Source: an uncultured Planctomycetia bacterium (GTDB taxonomy: Bacteria; Omnitrophota; Gorgyraeia; 1-14-0-20-64-10). From it: a DNA stretch of 64,000 nt. The DNA lies in contig CAYJVR010000002.1 in the NCBI GenBank assembly GCA_964373715.1, forward strand, positions 182,937 to 246,936, read 5' to 3'. The translations under genes and the position numbers were made by a program. This document shows, in pieces, positions 1 through 8,779 of this stretch. Position 1 is the stretch's first letter. Each line of letters starts with the position of its first letter. The notes under the pieces were generated by a model. It worked only from the letters and a program-made list of their open reading frames with translations, did not search any database and was not told the DNA's origin.

Positions 1-1133
1 ATGTACTCCGAGCAGGGGTTGCTGGCGTTGATCCGTCCGCTGTTGGGGCAGGTGTGCCACTTGTTGATCGTGGTATCGAACTGCATGCCGGGATCGCCGC
101 AGTACCATGTGGCCTCTGCGATGAGACGCAGCATCGCCTTTGCCTCCACCGTCTGGATCGTCCTGCGGTCGGTGACCGCTTTCAGGTCCCACGGCGTGTC
201 CTCCAGGGCCGCCTTCATGAATTCATCCGTTACCCGCACCGAGTTGTTGGCGTTCTGGAAGAAAACGCTTGAGTAGGCTTCTCCATCGAGCGAGGAGTTG
301 TAGCCGGCATCCACAAGGGTCCATGCCTTTTTTTCCTCCTGCCATTTGCACCGGATGAATTTATCGATGTCGGGATGGTCGGCGTTCAGCACCACCATCT
401 TCGCGGCGCGCCGGGTTTTGCCGCCCGATTTAATGACTCCAGCGGAAGCGTCCGCGGCCCGCATAAAGGAAACCGGCCCGGAGGCGGTGCCGCCTCCAGC
501 CAGTTGTTCTTCAGCCGATCGGATGGGTGAAAGATTGATGCCGGCCCCCGACCCGTACTTAAAGATCATCCCTTCGACCTTGTACCAGTCGAGGATCGAT
601 TCCATAGTGTCCTCGACGGAAAGGATGAAGCAGGCGGAACACTGAGGTTTGGTTTCGATGCCGACGTTGAACCAGACGGGGGAGTTAAAAGCAGTTTTTT
701 GGTGGAGCAACAGGTGGGTCAGCTCTGCCCGAAAATTATCGGCGTCTTCGGTGGAAGAGAAATAACCGTCCTTAATGCCCCACTCGGTGATGGTGTCCGC
801 CACTCGGCTGATGAGCTGCTTGACGGAGGTTTCTCTCTTGGGTGTTCCCAGGGGGCCGCGGAAATATTTTGAGACGACAACGTTTGTAGCGGTTTGAGAC
901 CAGAAGATGGGGATCTCGACGTTGGTCTGCTCGAAGACGACCTCGCCATGTTCATTGCCTATAGTAGCGCTCCGAAGTTCCCAGGTGACTTCTTTGAAGG
1001 GGTCCGATCCCGGCTGGGTGAAATGACGTGGGATGCTCAAACCGTGGGATTGGGCAGATCCGGTGCCTGCTGTCTTTTTTGTTTGCATAGCAGAGACCTC
1101 TCCGAAGGCAATCGGGTTTACGTCCTTCGACAT
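1..1133 (-). CDS. nrdJ: Ribonucleotide reductase, probably class II adenosylcobalamin-dependent (NrdJ-like). Only the N-terminal part is in the window; the gene continues beyond the left edge.
   Basis: Hand translation of the minus strand from the ATG at 1133..1131 gives MSKDVNPIAFGEVSAMQTKKTAGTGICPSHGFEHPRHFTQPGSDPFKEVTWELRSATIGNEHGEVVFEQTNVEIPIFWSQTATNVVVSKYFRGPLGTP... with no stops over the stretch checked (about 1133..840). The Q..A.N...SKYFRG block is typical of RNR large subunits. A GGAGT RBS lies upstream. The ORF is absent from the supplied track because it has no stop codon inside the window. Confidence 0.55.
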   Translation of the reverse strand, partial: MSKDVNPIAFGEVSAMQTKKTAGTGSAQSHGLSIPRHFTQPGSDPFKEVTWELRSATIGNEHGEVVFEQTNVEIPIFWSQTATNVVVSKYFRGPLGTPKRETSVKQLISRVADTITEWGIKDGYFSSTEDADNFRAELTHLLLHQKTAFNSPVWFNVGIETKPQCSACFILSVEDTMESILDWYKVEGMIFKYGSGAGINLSPIRSAEEQLAGGGTASGPVSFMRAADASAGVIKSGGKTRRAAKMVVLNADHPDIDKFIRCKWQEEKKAWTLVDAGYNSSLDGEAYSSVFFQNANNSVRVTDEFMKAALEDTPWDLKAVTDRRTIQTVEAKAMLRLIAEATWYCGDPGMQFDTTINKWHTCPNSGRINASNPCSEY

Positions 1134-1585
1134 AGAAATGATACTCCTCTTTGCTTATCGCTGGGAACAGACAATTCCGCTGTCGATTTTCAGCGAGACA
1201 GCCTTATTTTCAGTTGTTCAAACCAATCCGAGTCGAAATTTGCCCCAGGACCTGGGAAGAGAGGGAAGGGCTTCCTTCGGGGAGCTTAAGGAATGAAGCC
1301 GTTGTCGTTCTGAGCTTACGAGGACCTGGTCTGCCTTCTTTAAGAGGCTGACGAGATCCTCTGAAGCTGCCAAACGCCCTCCTCCACCTCCACAATATCT
1401 TGAGGCTTACTCCCCTTTTACATCAACCTGTAGAGTTTTGTCAAGCAAAATGTACAGATTCTGAATGTTCAATTTTCTTATACTAGATTATAATTTATTT
1501 AACAATTTTAAGTAGATGTAAAAATCAGAAAGAGCTAGATTCTAGGTTTTGTGGTGATACAATAACTGCCTACGAAGAGGGTGGT

Positions 1586-2167
1586 ATGACAAAGGAGAGA
1601 GGTGTCCGTATGGTGACAGCTGACGTGGCTTTGAAAGAATGGGCGGCGGTGGTGGGGGCGCTGGCTTCCGGAGAACAGCTGCTGATTATCCGCAAAGGGG
1701 GAATCCAGGACCCGAAGGGGACATTTCAGCTGGAGTACCGGGAGTTCTTCCTTTATCCAACTCTCGAACATCAAAAGGAGGAGCTTCTCCGGCCTGAGTT
1801 CCGCGGCCGGTTTTCCTTTTCAGGTGATCCGGAAAAAATCCCCTTTCAGGTCTATGCCGGAGTGGCTTTCTGCGCTGAGGTCAAAAATCCGAATATTTTT
1901 TTGAAGCTGCAAAAATACCATATCTGGATGCCCGAGTTTTTTGAAAAAAGGATGGAGTACAAATCGGATGAACCGGCGCTGGCGGTGGTCCTAAGGGCTT
2001 ACCGGTTAAAGGAGATCCTCCTTCATCCGGTCAGGCCGGAATATGCCGGCTGCAGGTCGTGGGTGAAATTGGCGGAACCGGCACAGGCGGCGGCCCCTGA
2101 TCCGGTTATTGACAACCGGCGTTTTCGGTTGGCACTGGAGGAAATTGCTGGTTGTTTCGGGACATGA
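1586..2167 (+). CDS. Conserved hypothetical protein (193 aa)
   Basis: Clean ORF with an AGAGGG RBS 6 nt upstream of the ATG. No motif I can assign with confidence. Confidence 0.45.
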   Translation: MTKERGVRMVTADVALKEWAAVVGALASGEQLLIIRKGGIQDPKGTFQLEYREFFLYPTLEHQKEELLRPEFRGRFSFSGDPEKIPFQVYAGVAFCAEVKNPNIFLKLQKYHIWMPEFFEKRMEYKSDEPALAVVLRAYRLKEILLHPVRPEYAGCRSWVKLAEPAQAAAPDPVIDNRRFRLALEEIAGCFGT

Positions 2168-2196
2168 ACCCTTTTCTGGGATATAATCTGGATTAA

Positions 2197-2601
2197 ATGG
2201 ACGGTGCTATGGAAGAAAAAAGGAAGATCCTTATAGCGGATGATGAATCGGATTCCCTCCAGCTGATCAGTACCCGCTTGAGGGCCAACGGGTACAATGT
2301 GGTTACCGCGGCTGATGGGCAGGAGGTTTTGACAAAGGTGAAGGATGAGCATCCGGACCTGGTTATACTTGACTTAATGATGCCGAAGCTTGACGGGTAT
2401 AAGGCGTGCCGCTTGTTGAAATTCGATGTGCGCTATAGAAAGATACCGATCGTTATCCTTTCCGCGCGCGCCCAGCCGGAAGATATGCAGTTGATCAAAG
2501 AATGCGGAGCAGACGTTTACTTTGTCAAACCGTTTGATCCGCCCGTCTTTTTGGAGAAATTGAAAGAGCTGCTGACCGGGGCCGGTTCAGCCGGCGTGTA
2601 A
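2197..2601 (+). CDS. Single-domain response regulator receiver (CheY-like, PilG/PilH-like context)
   Basis: KILIADDE...DLVILDLMMPKLDGYKACRLLK...KPFDP receiver-domain signature, including the phospho-acceptor Asp context. Confidence 0.85.
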   Translation: MDGAMEEKRKILIADDESDSLQLISTRLRANGYNVVTAADGQEVLTKVKDEHPDLVILDLMMPKLDGYKACRLLKFDVRYRKIPIVILSARAQPEDMQLIKECGADVYFVKPFDPPVFLEKLKELLTGAGSAGV

Positions 2602-2638
2602 TGCGCGATCCGGCGTGTCCGGCGGAGAAAACGGAGCA

Positions 2639-3076
2639 ATGTCTCAAAAAATTCTGATTGTGGATGATGAGACGGATGTGGTGGCTCCCTTAAAATTTTC
2701 TCTGGAGGCGCAGGGTTTTACCGTTCTGACTTCTTTCAACGGCGTGGATGCTCTTGAAACGGCCCGCAAAGAATCTCCGGATCTTATCCTGCTCGACCTG
2801 ATGATGCCCAAGCTGGACGGCTATAAGGTCTGCCGTCTTCTGAAATTCGATGCCCGCTATAAAGGGATCATGGTTTTGATCCTCTCGGCTCGTGGGCAAC
2901 AGGAGGATATCGAGTTGGCCAGCGCTTGCGGGGCCGACGCTTATCTGACCAAACCGTTTGATCCTCAGCGGTTGTTTGAAGAGCTCAAACGCCTCCTTCA
3001 GGAAGCCAAGAGGGTGAAGAACCTGATGTGCGTCCGCCGTTCCAACCGAGAAGCCCGCGATCTGCTGCAGGAGTAG
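2639..3076 (+). CDS. Second single-domain response regulator receiver, a tandem paralogue of the upstream gene
   Basis: MSQKILIVDDE...DLILLDLMMPKLDGYKVCRLLKFDARYK...KPFDP. It matches the preceding receiver nearly residue for residue in the core. The track ORF begins at a GTG at 2615; the ATG at 2639 is the more likely start. Confidence 0.8.
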   Translation: MSQKILIVDDETDVVAPLKFSLEAQGFTVLTSFNGVDALETARKESPDLILLDLMMPKLDGYKVCRLLKFDARYKGIMVLILSARGQQEDIELASACGADAYLTKPFDPQRLFEELKRLLQEAKRVKNLMCVRRSNREARDLLQE

Positions 3077-3214
3077 AACTATTTTTTATTCGTAACGCCC
3101 TGTTTTGATTGACCTTAATGTCCTGCCGAATTAGAATGTGGTCAATGCGAGGACCGATCGCTCTTGGGCCGATGCGCACCCTTCGAAGGGGAATTCGCCA
3201 CAGTCAGGTAAGGC

Positions 3215-4078
3215 GTGCCTTCATTTATTAAAGAGACGTTCTTTAAAATCTACCGCAGGGGCACCCCTGATTCCGTTTGGCCGGTCGGAACGTCCCTCAA
3301 ACTGCCTACCCGCTTAAAGCAGATTGCCGTCATCAACCAGAAAGGAGGGTGCGGCAAGACCACGACTGCAGTTAATCTCTCCGCCTGTCTGGCTGAGTTG
3401 GGCGCACGCGTTTTATTGGTAGATGTGGATCCTCAGGCGCATGCCACGTTGGGTCTTGGGCTCCGCGCCGATGAGCTGGAGAGGTCCCTTTACAACGCGA
3501 TGCAGCCGGGCGGCTCCTCGGTCACGCAGGTGATTTTGCCGACGTATCATCCGAATCTAAAGCTTATCCCGGGCAGTTCCCTTCTGTCCTCCCTGCAAGT
3601 GGAATTGGTGGATAGACCGGGTCGCGAAAGGATTTTGGCGGACTGTTTAAGCCGGGTGGGCTCCGATTTCCACTTTGTCTTTATGGATTGTCCGCCGAGC
3701 CTGAACCTTCTGACGATCAACGCGCTGACGGCGGCCTCCCACGTCTTGATTCCGCTGCAGACCCACTACCTTTCTTTGGACGGGATGCGGGAATTGTTCA
3801 AAACGATTGAACTGGTGCAGGGGCAGATGAACCCTCACCTGGAGATCCTCGGTATTTTGCCGACGTTGTTTGATCACCGGACCCGGATGAACCGCGCGAT
3901 GCTGCAGACGATCAAGGAATATTTTCAGGGGAAGGTTTTTGACACTGTGATTCATCTGAGCACCTCGTTGACGGAATCCCCCATGATGGGGCAGCCGATT
4001 AGCCGGTACGCGCCCCAAAGCCGGGGGGCCAAAGATTATCAGGCGCTTGCCGAAGAGTTGTTGAGGTCCGATGCCTGA
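3215..4078 (+). CDS. ParA/MinD-family P-loop ATPase
   Basis: IAVINQKGGCGKTTTAVNLSACLAELGARVLLVDVDPQAHAT is a deviant Walker A (KGGxGKT) of the ParA/Soj/MinD family. The GTG start at 3215 is uncertain; there is about a 30-aa N-terminal extension before the Walker box. Confidence 0.75.
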   Translation: MPSFIKETFFKIYRRGTPDSVWPVGTSLKLPTRLKQIAVINQKGGCGKTTTAVNLSACLAELGARVLLVDVDPQAHATLGLGLRADELERSLYNAMQPGGSSVTQVILPTYHPNLKLIPGSSLLSSLQVELVDRPGRERILADCLSRVGSDFHFVFMDCPPSLNLLTINALTAASHVLIPLQTHYLSLDGMRELFKTIELVQGQMNPHLEILGILPTLFDHRTRMNRAMLQTIKEYFQGKVFDTVIHLSTSLTESPMMGQPISRYAPQSRGAKDYQALAEELLRSDA

Positions 4079-5387
4079 TCCTGAAAAGGAGCTGCCCGAC
4101 CTTCATAAGGTTTTCGACAGGATGTTCTCCAGGACGGCGAAAAAACAAGGCCCGCAGAAGCAGATCCTTTTTGAGCGCACCGACGGGCCAGGGGCTAAGA
4201 GGCCGTCGGCTAAAGAGACGAGAGGCAGCTCCGTCCATGCGGCGGCGCTTCAGGGGGGGCGGGCTCTTCTCTCAAGGTTTTCGTGGTCCGGAGCGGCCGG
4301 GTTTTCTTCAGTTGTTGGGGTTGATCTGGGAGCCAGCGCGCTGAAAGTTGTCTGCGTGAATACCGCCAAAGAATTCCCTCAGGTGACGGCGGTTATTTTA
4401 GAAGAGATGCCCCCGGGGCTGGATGAGCAAGGAAGAAAGGTTTTTTACCAGAAACATTTGAAGGCTCTTAAAAAACAGGGTATCTTAAACGGCCGCGTCG
4501 TGATGGGGGTTGTGGATGACCGGATGGCGGTGGAGATGGTGTCGATGCCCAAAATGCCGCAAGCCGATTTGGAAAAAGCCGTGATTTGGGAAGCGAAGGC
4601 CCGGATGGCGGCGGAAGCCTCTGCCTACTGCATCCGCCATCTCATTATAGAAGAGACGATGGTGGATGGGCAGCCGCATAAAGAGGTGCTGATCTTCGCG
4701 GTCCCTCGGGAGGAGATCGTCCAGCCGTACCAGCTAATCGCCGGGTACAATTCTCGCGTTACCGCTGCCGAACCGGGGATATTGGCTTCTGTCTCGGCGT
4801 TAGAGCAGGGAAGATTTATCCGGCAGGACCAGTTCATAGGGGTTCTGGATATCGGCAGCCGCCATTCGACGCTGGGTTTGATTTTCGGGGGCAAGGTCCG
4901 TTTCGTGCGGTCTTTTTCGGTGACCGGAGAGACGATCACGCAAAGTATTGTCCAGTACTGCAAGGTGAGCCAGGCCGAGGCGGAGGCCCAGAAGAAACAG
5001 AGAGGCCTTCCCCACGCAAAGGCACTAGAGTCGCACAAAGAGGGAGCGAGCGCGCATGTCGGCCTGCAGGCGGGCCATGCGATGACGCTCCATTTAGAGC
5101 AGCTGGCCACGGAATTGGATCATTCCCTGAGGTATGTGACCTACTATTCATTGGGGCGCGGCAAGGTTAACCGTTTGGACCGTCTTTTCTTGGTGGGCGG
5201 CGGCGCTTTACTGAAGAATCTCCCGGCTTTTTTGGAAAGCCGGCTGGACACGAAGGTCGAGGCGGCTGACCCGTTCCAGGAAGTCTCTGTATCGGATTTG
5301 GTTAAGCCTCAGATTGGCTCATTTGAACTGAAAGTCCGTATGGCGGCCGCGGTCGGTCTGGCGCTTCGCCCGATGGAAAAGGGATAA
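4071..5387 (+). CDS. pilM: Type IV pilus assembly protein PilM (actin-like ATPase fold) with an N-terminal extension
   Basis: VVGVDLGASALKVVCV..., GVLDIGSRHSTLGLIFGG... and LFLVGGGALLKNLPAFLESRL are the PilM/FtsA-like motifs. The gene immediately precedes pilN. Confidence 0.75.
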   Translation: MPDPEKELPDLHKVFDRMFSRTAKKQGPQKQILFERTDGPGAKRPSAKETRGSSVHAAALQGGRALLSRFSWSGAAGFSSVVGVDLGASALKVVCVNTAKEFPQVTAVILEEMPPGLDEQGRKVFYQKHLKALKKQGILNGRVVMGVVDDRMAVEMVSMPKMPQADLEKAVIWEAKARMAAEASAYCIRHLIIEETMVDGQPHKEVLIFAVPREEIVQPYQLIAGYNSRVTAAEPGILASVSALEQGRFIRQDQFIGVLDIGSRHSTLGLIFGGKVRFVRSFSVTGETITQSIVQYCKVSQAEAEAQKKQRGLPHAKALESHKEGASAHVGLQAGHAMTLHLEQLATELDHSLRYVTYYSLGRGKVNRLDRLFLVGGGALLKNLPAFLESRLDTKVEAADPFQEVSVSDLVKPQIGSFELKVRMAAAVGLALRPMEKG

Positions 5388-5391
5388 CGGA

Positions 5392-6036
5392 ATGGAACGG
5401 ATCAACCTGCTTCCGGAAGATTTGACGCTGACGCCGGTCAACCGGTTCATATACTCGGTGAACCAGAGGTTTTTTCCGACGTTGGGACGGACTTTAGCCG
5501 CCGCCGCCGGCCTGGTGTTTTTGGTTGCCGTTATCCAGATCTTTTTGACGCAGCATTACTTGTCGAGCACCGACCGGGTAAAACAGAAGAAAGCCAAGGC
5601 GGCGGTGGAACTGAAGAAGATGTCCGGCACCGTTGCCCGTTTAAGCCAAAGGGAAACCGAACTTTTGAGGCAGATGGAATGGCAGAATGAGAGGGTTCAG
5701 TATCTGAGAACCTATCAGGATTCGGCGGGGGAATGGTCGCCGGTTCTCGAGGAGGTCAAAAGCGCGCTTCCTTTCGGTGTTTGGCTGACCGAGTTGGAGG
5801 CAGACCCGAAGAGGACCCTGCGCGTGGCGGGCGGCGCTTTTGAAGAGGACCTGGTCGTCAAGTTTATGGGAGCGCTGAAGGAGACGCCGAAATTCCGAGA
5901 TGTGGCTTTTAATTTTACGAAAAAAGCCATCATCGGAAAAACAGGAGTCGTCCAGTTTGAAATCGTTTCGAAAGTTGCCGGGCCTCCGGAGCCGGCCGAG
6001 GGGATTGTGAAAGTTCCGCGGGTGACAACGCCATGA
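5392..6036 (+). CDS. pilN: Type IV pilus assembly protein PilN
   Basis: N-terminus MERINLLPEDL matches the canonical M.RINLLP PilN start. A single TM helix is followed by a coiled coil. Confidence 0.75.
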   Translation: MERINLLPEDLTLTPVNRFIYSVNQRFFPTLGRTLAAAAGLVFLVAVIQIFLTQHYLSSTDRVKQKKAKAAVELKKMSGTVARLSQRETELLRQMEWQNERVQYLRTYQDSAGEWSPVLEEVKSALPFGVWLTELEADPKRTLRVAGGAFEEDLVVKFMGALKETPKFRDVAFNFTKKAIIGKTGVVQFEIVSKVAGPPEPAEGIVKVPRVTTP

Positions 6037-6977
6037 GCAGCCTGATGGAGAGATTCAAGGGTTTTGAGCCCCGCTTCGGCCAGAGGGAAAAGGTGTGGGG
6101 TCTTTTCTTGGCGGCGGTGATGGTCGTTGTATGGGGCTCCAGAGTTGTTCTGAAGCCGCGCGCGGAGGCGTTCCGGGAAGCACGGCGGGATTCCCTCAAG
6201 GCGCATGATGAGTTGATCGAGATGGAGGCCCAGAAGCCGGACATGAACGAGCTCCGTGCCCGCATAAGGCAGCTGCAGTCCCAGGTGGGTTCCAGTTATA
6301 AGGAATTGGATAAGTTGGAGAAAGGCCTGTTGTACAGCCAGGATCAGGATCTGCTGCTGGAGCGCCTTGTGGCCGATAGAAAGAGATATGATCTTCAGAT
6401 CAACGCTGTGGAGCCGATCCGGGAAGATGCGCAGAAAACCCAGCAGACCCAAGCGTCTGCGACAGGGGCCTCCCGCGGTTTTTTTTACAAACAGCTTCTG
6501 GTCAAGGTGGATGCCTCCGCCACGTATAATAACTTGAGTTCCTATGTCAAAGTGCTGGAAGGCCAGGGGTCTTATCAAAAAGTGCGCGGTGTAAAGGTCG
6601 AGATGGACAAGGATGAAAAGGCGCTTCCCCGTGCCAAGGTGCTGATAGAGGTGTTGCTTTCTGACGCGCCGATGAAAAAGGCCGAAATGCGCGACAAGGT
6701 TTTTTCGATGATTGAGGAAGAGGAGTCCGCCGCCCGGGAAGCCAAAGATCCGTTTCTGGCACAGGAAAGGCCTCGGGAGGAAGAGGAGATGATCGGCCTG
6801 GAGCTGACAGGCATTTTCGGCGTCACCGGCAGGTTAACCGCACTCATTGATGGGAATGCTTATCAGGAGGGGGATGTGATACAGGGCAAACGGATCGTGA
6901 AGATCCTTTCCGACAAGGTTGTTTTCGAGCATGGAAACAAAAGGTACTTTCTGCACGAAAGCCCGGTGTCTCAATGA
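6033..6977 (+). CDS. PilO-like protein fused to a PilP-like C-terminal beta-domain
   Basis: An N-terminal TM segment and a coiled-coil region (PilO-like). The C-terminal LELTGIFGVTGRLTALIDGNAYQEGDVIQGKRIVKILSDKVVFEHG resembles the PilP/GspC core. The gene overlaps pilN and pilQ by 4 nt each, as expected in an operon. Confidence 0.55.
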   Translation: MSSLMERFKGFEPRFGQREKVWGLFLAAVMVVVWGSRVVLKPRAEAFREARRDSLKAHDELIEMEAQKPDMNELRARIRQLQSQVGSSYKELDKLEKGLLYSQDQDLLLERLVADRKRYDLQINAVEPIREDAQKTQQTQASATGASRGFFYKQLLVKVDASATYNNLSSYVKVLEGQGSYQKVRGVKVEMDKDEKALPRAKVLIEVLLSDAPMKKAEMRDKVFSMIEEEESAAREAKDPFLAQERPREEEEMIGLELTGIFGVTGRLTALIDGNAYQEGDVIQGKRIVKILSDKVVFEHGNKRYFLHESPVSQ

Positions 6978-8761
6978 GAATCGCTCGGGCTGTCTTTATC
7001 GTATTTTTTCTGTCATCGGCCTGTCCCGCGTGGGCGGACGCTCCGCAGGAAGAGGTGGCTGCTGTGGTGAAGGGAGAGTTTTCTCCGTTCCGTGCCGAGG
7101 CCGGTTTTTCGGCTGAACAGGCGCAGGGCTCCGCCGATTCCGCGCCCCTGTTGCCGCCCGACGCGACTCAGGCTGAACGGCTGAAAACGGTTGTGAACCT
7201 CTCCTTCACCAATGCGAACCTGAAGAACGTGTTGAGTTCCCTGGCTAAGATTTACGGGTTGAACATCGTCGCCGATGATGCGGTTGCCGGAACCGTCACC
7301 TTGACCCTGCGGGGGGTGACGTTAGAGGAAGGTTTGCGCCAGATGCTGAAACGCAACGGGTTCGGTTTCTCTGCGCGCGGGGAGATCCTGGAGGTCTCGA
7401 AACTTGAGGCCAAAAGGGGAGCCGGCGTCTTGATGGTCAATTACATTGATCTGGATACCGCGCTCGAATTCCTGCAGCCGATGGCTTCGCAGGGAGCCGT
7501 GCTGAAGGTGGATGAAACCTCCAACGGTATTCTGGTCAGCGATTACATGAGCCGGATTGAAGAGATGCGGGCCCTTTTGAAAGAGATAGACCAGCCGCCC
7601 CAGCAGGTTTTCATTGAGTCGAAGCTGATGGACATCACGCACAACGATCTGGACAACCTGGGCCTTGCGCTGTCTTCCGTGTCGAACACCTTGCCGCTGA
7701 AAGCCGGATCGAATCCTCTGGACCTCTCTTCCGGCGCTTTCAGCCTGGCGGGTCCGTCGAGCACCTTGTTGAATAAGGAGTTTCAGCTGACGATCGGGAG
7801 AGGGTCTGATTCGATTACCGCATCGCTGAACCTGTTGATTCAGAACAAGAAGGTGAAGGTCATCGCGAATCCGACCGTGCTGACGCTCAATAACTCCGAG
7901 GCGAGGATCATCATCGGCGAGAAATTCCCGATCCGCGAGCAGATGCAGACAACCACCGGCACTTTGGAAACAACCCGATTCGTGGATGTCGGAACGGCCC
8001 TGCGGGTAACGCCCCGGATCAACCCTGGCGGGACGATCCAGCTGCACATCCACCCGGAGGTCAGCTCGGTCAGCGCCACTCTTGAGGCGGGCCCCCGGAT
8101 TACGACCCGTGAAGCGGACACCACCGTTGTGGTAAAAAACGGGGAGCCGGTTGTCATCGGAGGCCTCATCCAGCAGGATGAGACACTCATCCGAGGCAGG
8201 ATCCCCTTCCTGGGGCACGTCCCCTTTTTGGGCCTCCTTTTCCAGAACCGGTCCAAAGACCACCAGCAGAAGGAATTGGTGATCGTAATCACACCGCACA
8301 TCGTCAAAACCACGATCGCCGAATCCAATCAGCCTTACACGGAAACCCACGATACGGCCGTCAAACTCGACGTGTTGGATCTGTTTTCCCAAGCGAAGTC
8401 GTTTGAGGAGGGAACAGGCATCCGGGCCCGGCAGACGCCGGAGACGCTGAGAAATCTTCAGGCGGTGGATCTGTACCAGAGGGTAGCAGACCGTTTCCCG
8501 ACCCATCCATACGCGATGGAATCTCTTTGGAGAATGGGTCTGCTGACGAGGGATAAGCTGTACGATTTGGACCGCTCGGAAGAGGCCTTCCGGCGGCTCG
8601 TGGGCCAGTTCCCCGACAGCAAATACAGAAATCCGGCCACACGGCAAATCAAGGAGATTGTTTGGCAGCGGGAACAGATCGCCAAAAGAGGCATTAAGGT
8701 GAAGGCTTTGGCGAGCGGGCAGCAGCAGAAGTCGTCTAAGACCAACATCCGACGCCGGTAG
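6974..8761 (+). CDS. pilQ: Type IV pilus secretin PilQ
   Basis: Signal peptide MRIARAVFIVFFLSSACPAWA. N0/N1-like domains are present. The secretin C-domain motifs are VKVIANPTVLTLNNSEARIIIGEKFPI and VVVKNGEPVVIGGLIQQDETLIRGRIPFLGHVPFLGLLFQNRSKDHQQKELVIVITPHIV. There is a C-terminal TPR-like tail. Confidence 0.85.
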   Translation: MRIARAVFIVFFLSSACPAWADAPQEEVAAVVKGEFSPFRAEAGFSAEQAQGSADSAPLLPPDATQAERLKTVVNLSFTNANLKNVLSSLAKIYGLNIVADDAVAGTVTLTLRGVTLEEGLRQMLKRNGFGFSARGEILEVSKLEAKRGAGVLMVNYIDLDTALEFLQPMASQGAVLKVDETSNGILVSDYMSRIEEMRALLKEIDQPPQQVFIESKLMDITHNDLDNLGLALSSVSNTLPLKAGSNPLDLSSGAFSLAGPSSTLLNKEFQLTIGRGSDSITASLNLLIQNKKVKVIANPTVLTLNNSEARIIIGEKFPIREQMQTTTGTLETTRFVDVGTALRVTPRINPGGTIQLHIHPEVSSVSATLEAGPRITTREADTTVVVKNGEPVVIGGLIQQDETLIRGRIPFLGHVPFLGLLFQNRSKDHQQKELVIVITPHIVKTTIAESNQPYTETHDTAVKLDVLDLFSQAKSFEEGTGIRARQTPETLRNLQAVDLYQRVADRFPTHPYAMESLWRMGLLTRDKLYDLDRSEEAFRRLVGQFPDSKYRNPATRQIKEIVWQREQIAKRGIKVKALASGQQQKSSKTNIRRR

Positions 8762-8779
8762 CCGCTCTCCCGCCCTCCT

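Noticed and set aside
1134-1440. Cobalamin riboswitch in the nrdJ leader
   Set aside because: No B12 box (GCCACTG) or the associated conserved core was seen on the transcribed strand. Class II RNR genes are also not typical B12-riboswitch targets.
3077-3214. attgacc/ggtcaat inverted repeat between the second receiver gene and the ParA-like gene, a possible parS or operator
   Set aside because: It is only 7 bp, shows no similarity to the parS consensus, and is plausibly chance in a 140-bp spacer.
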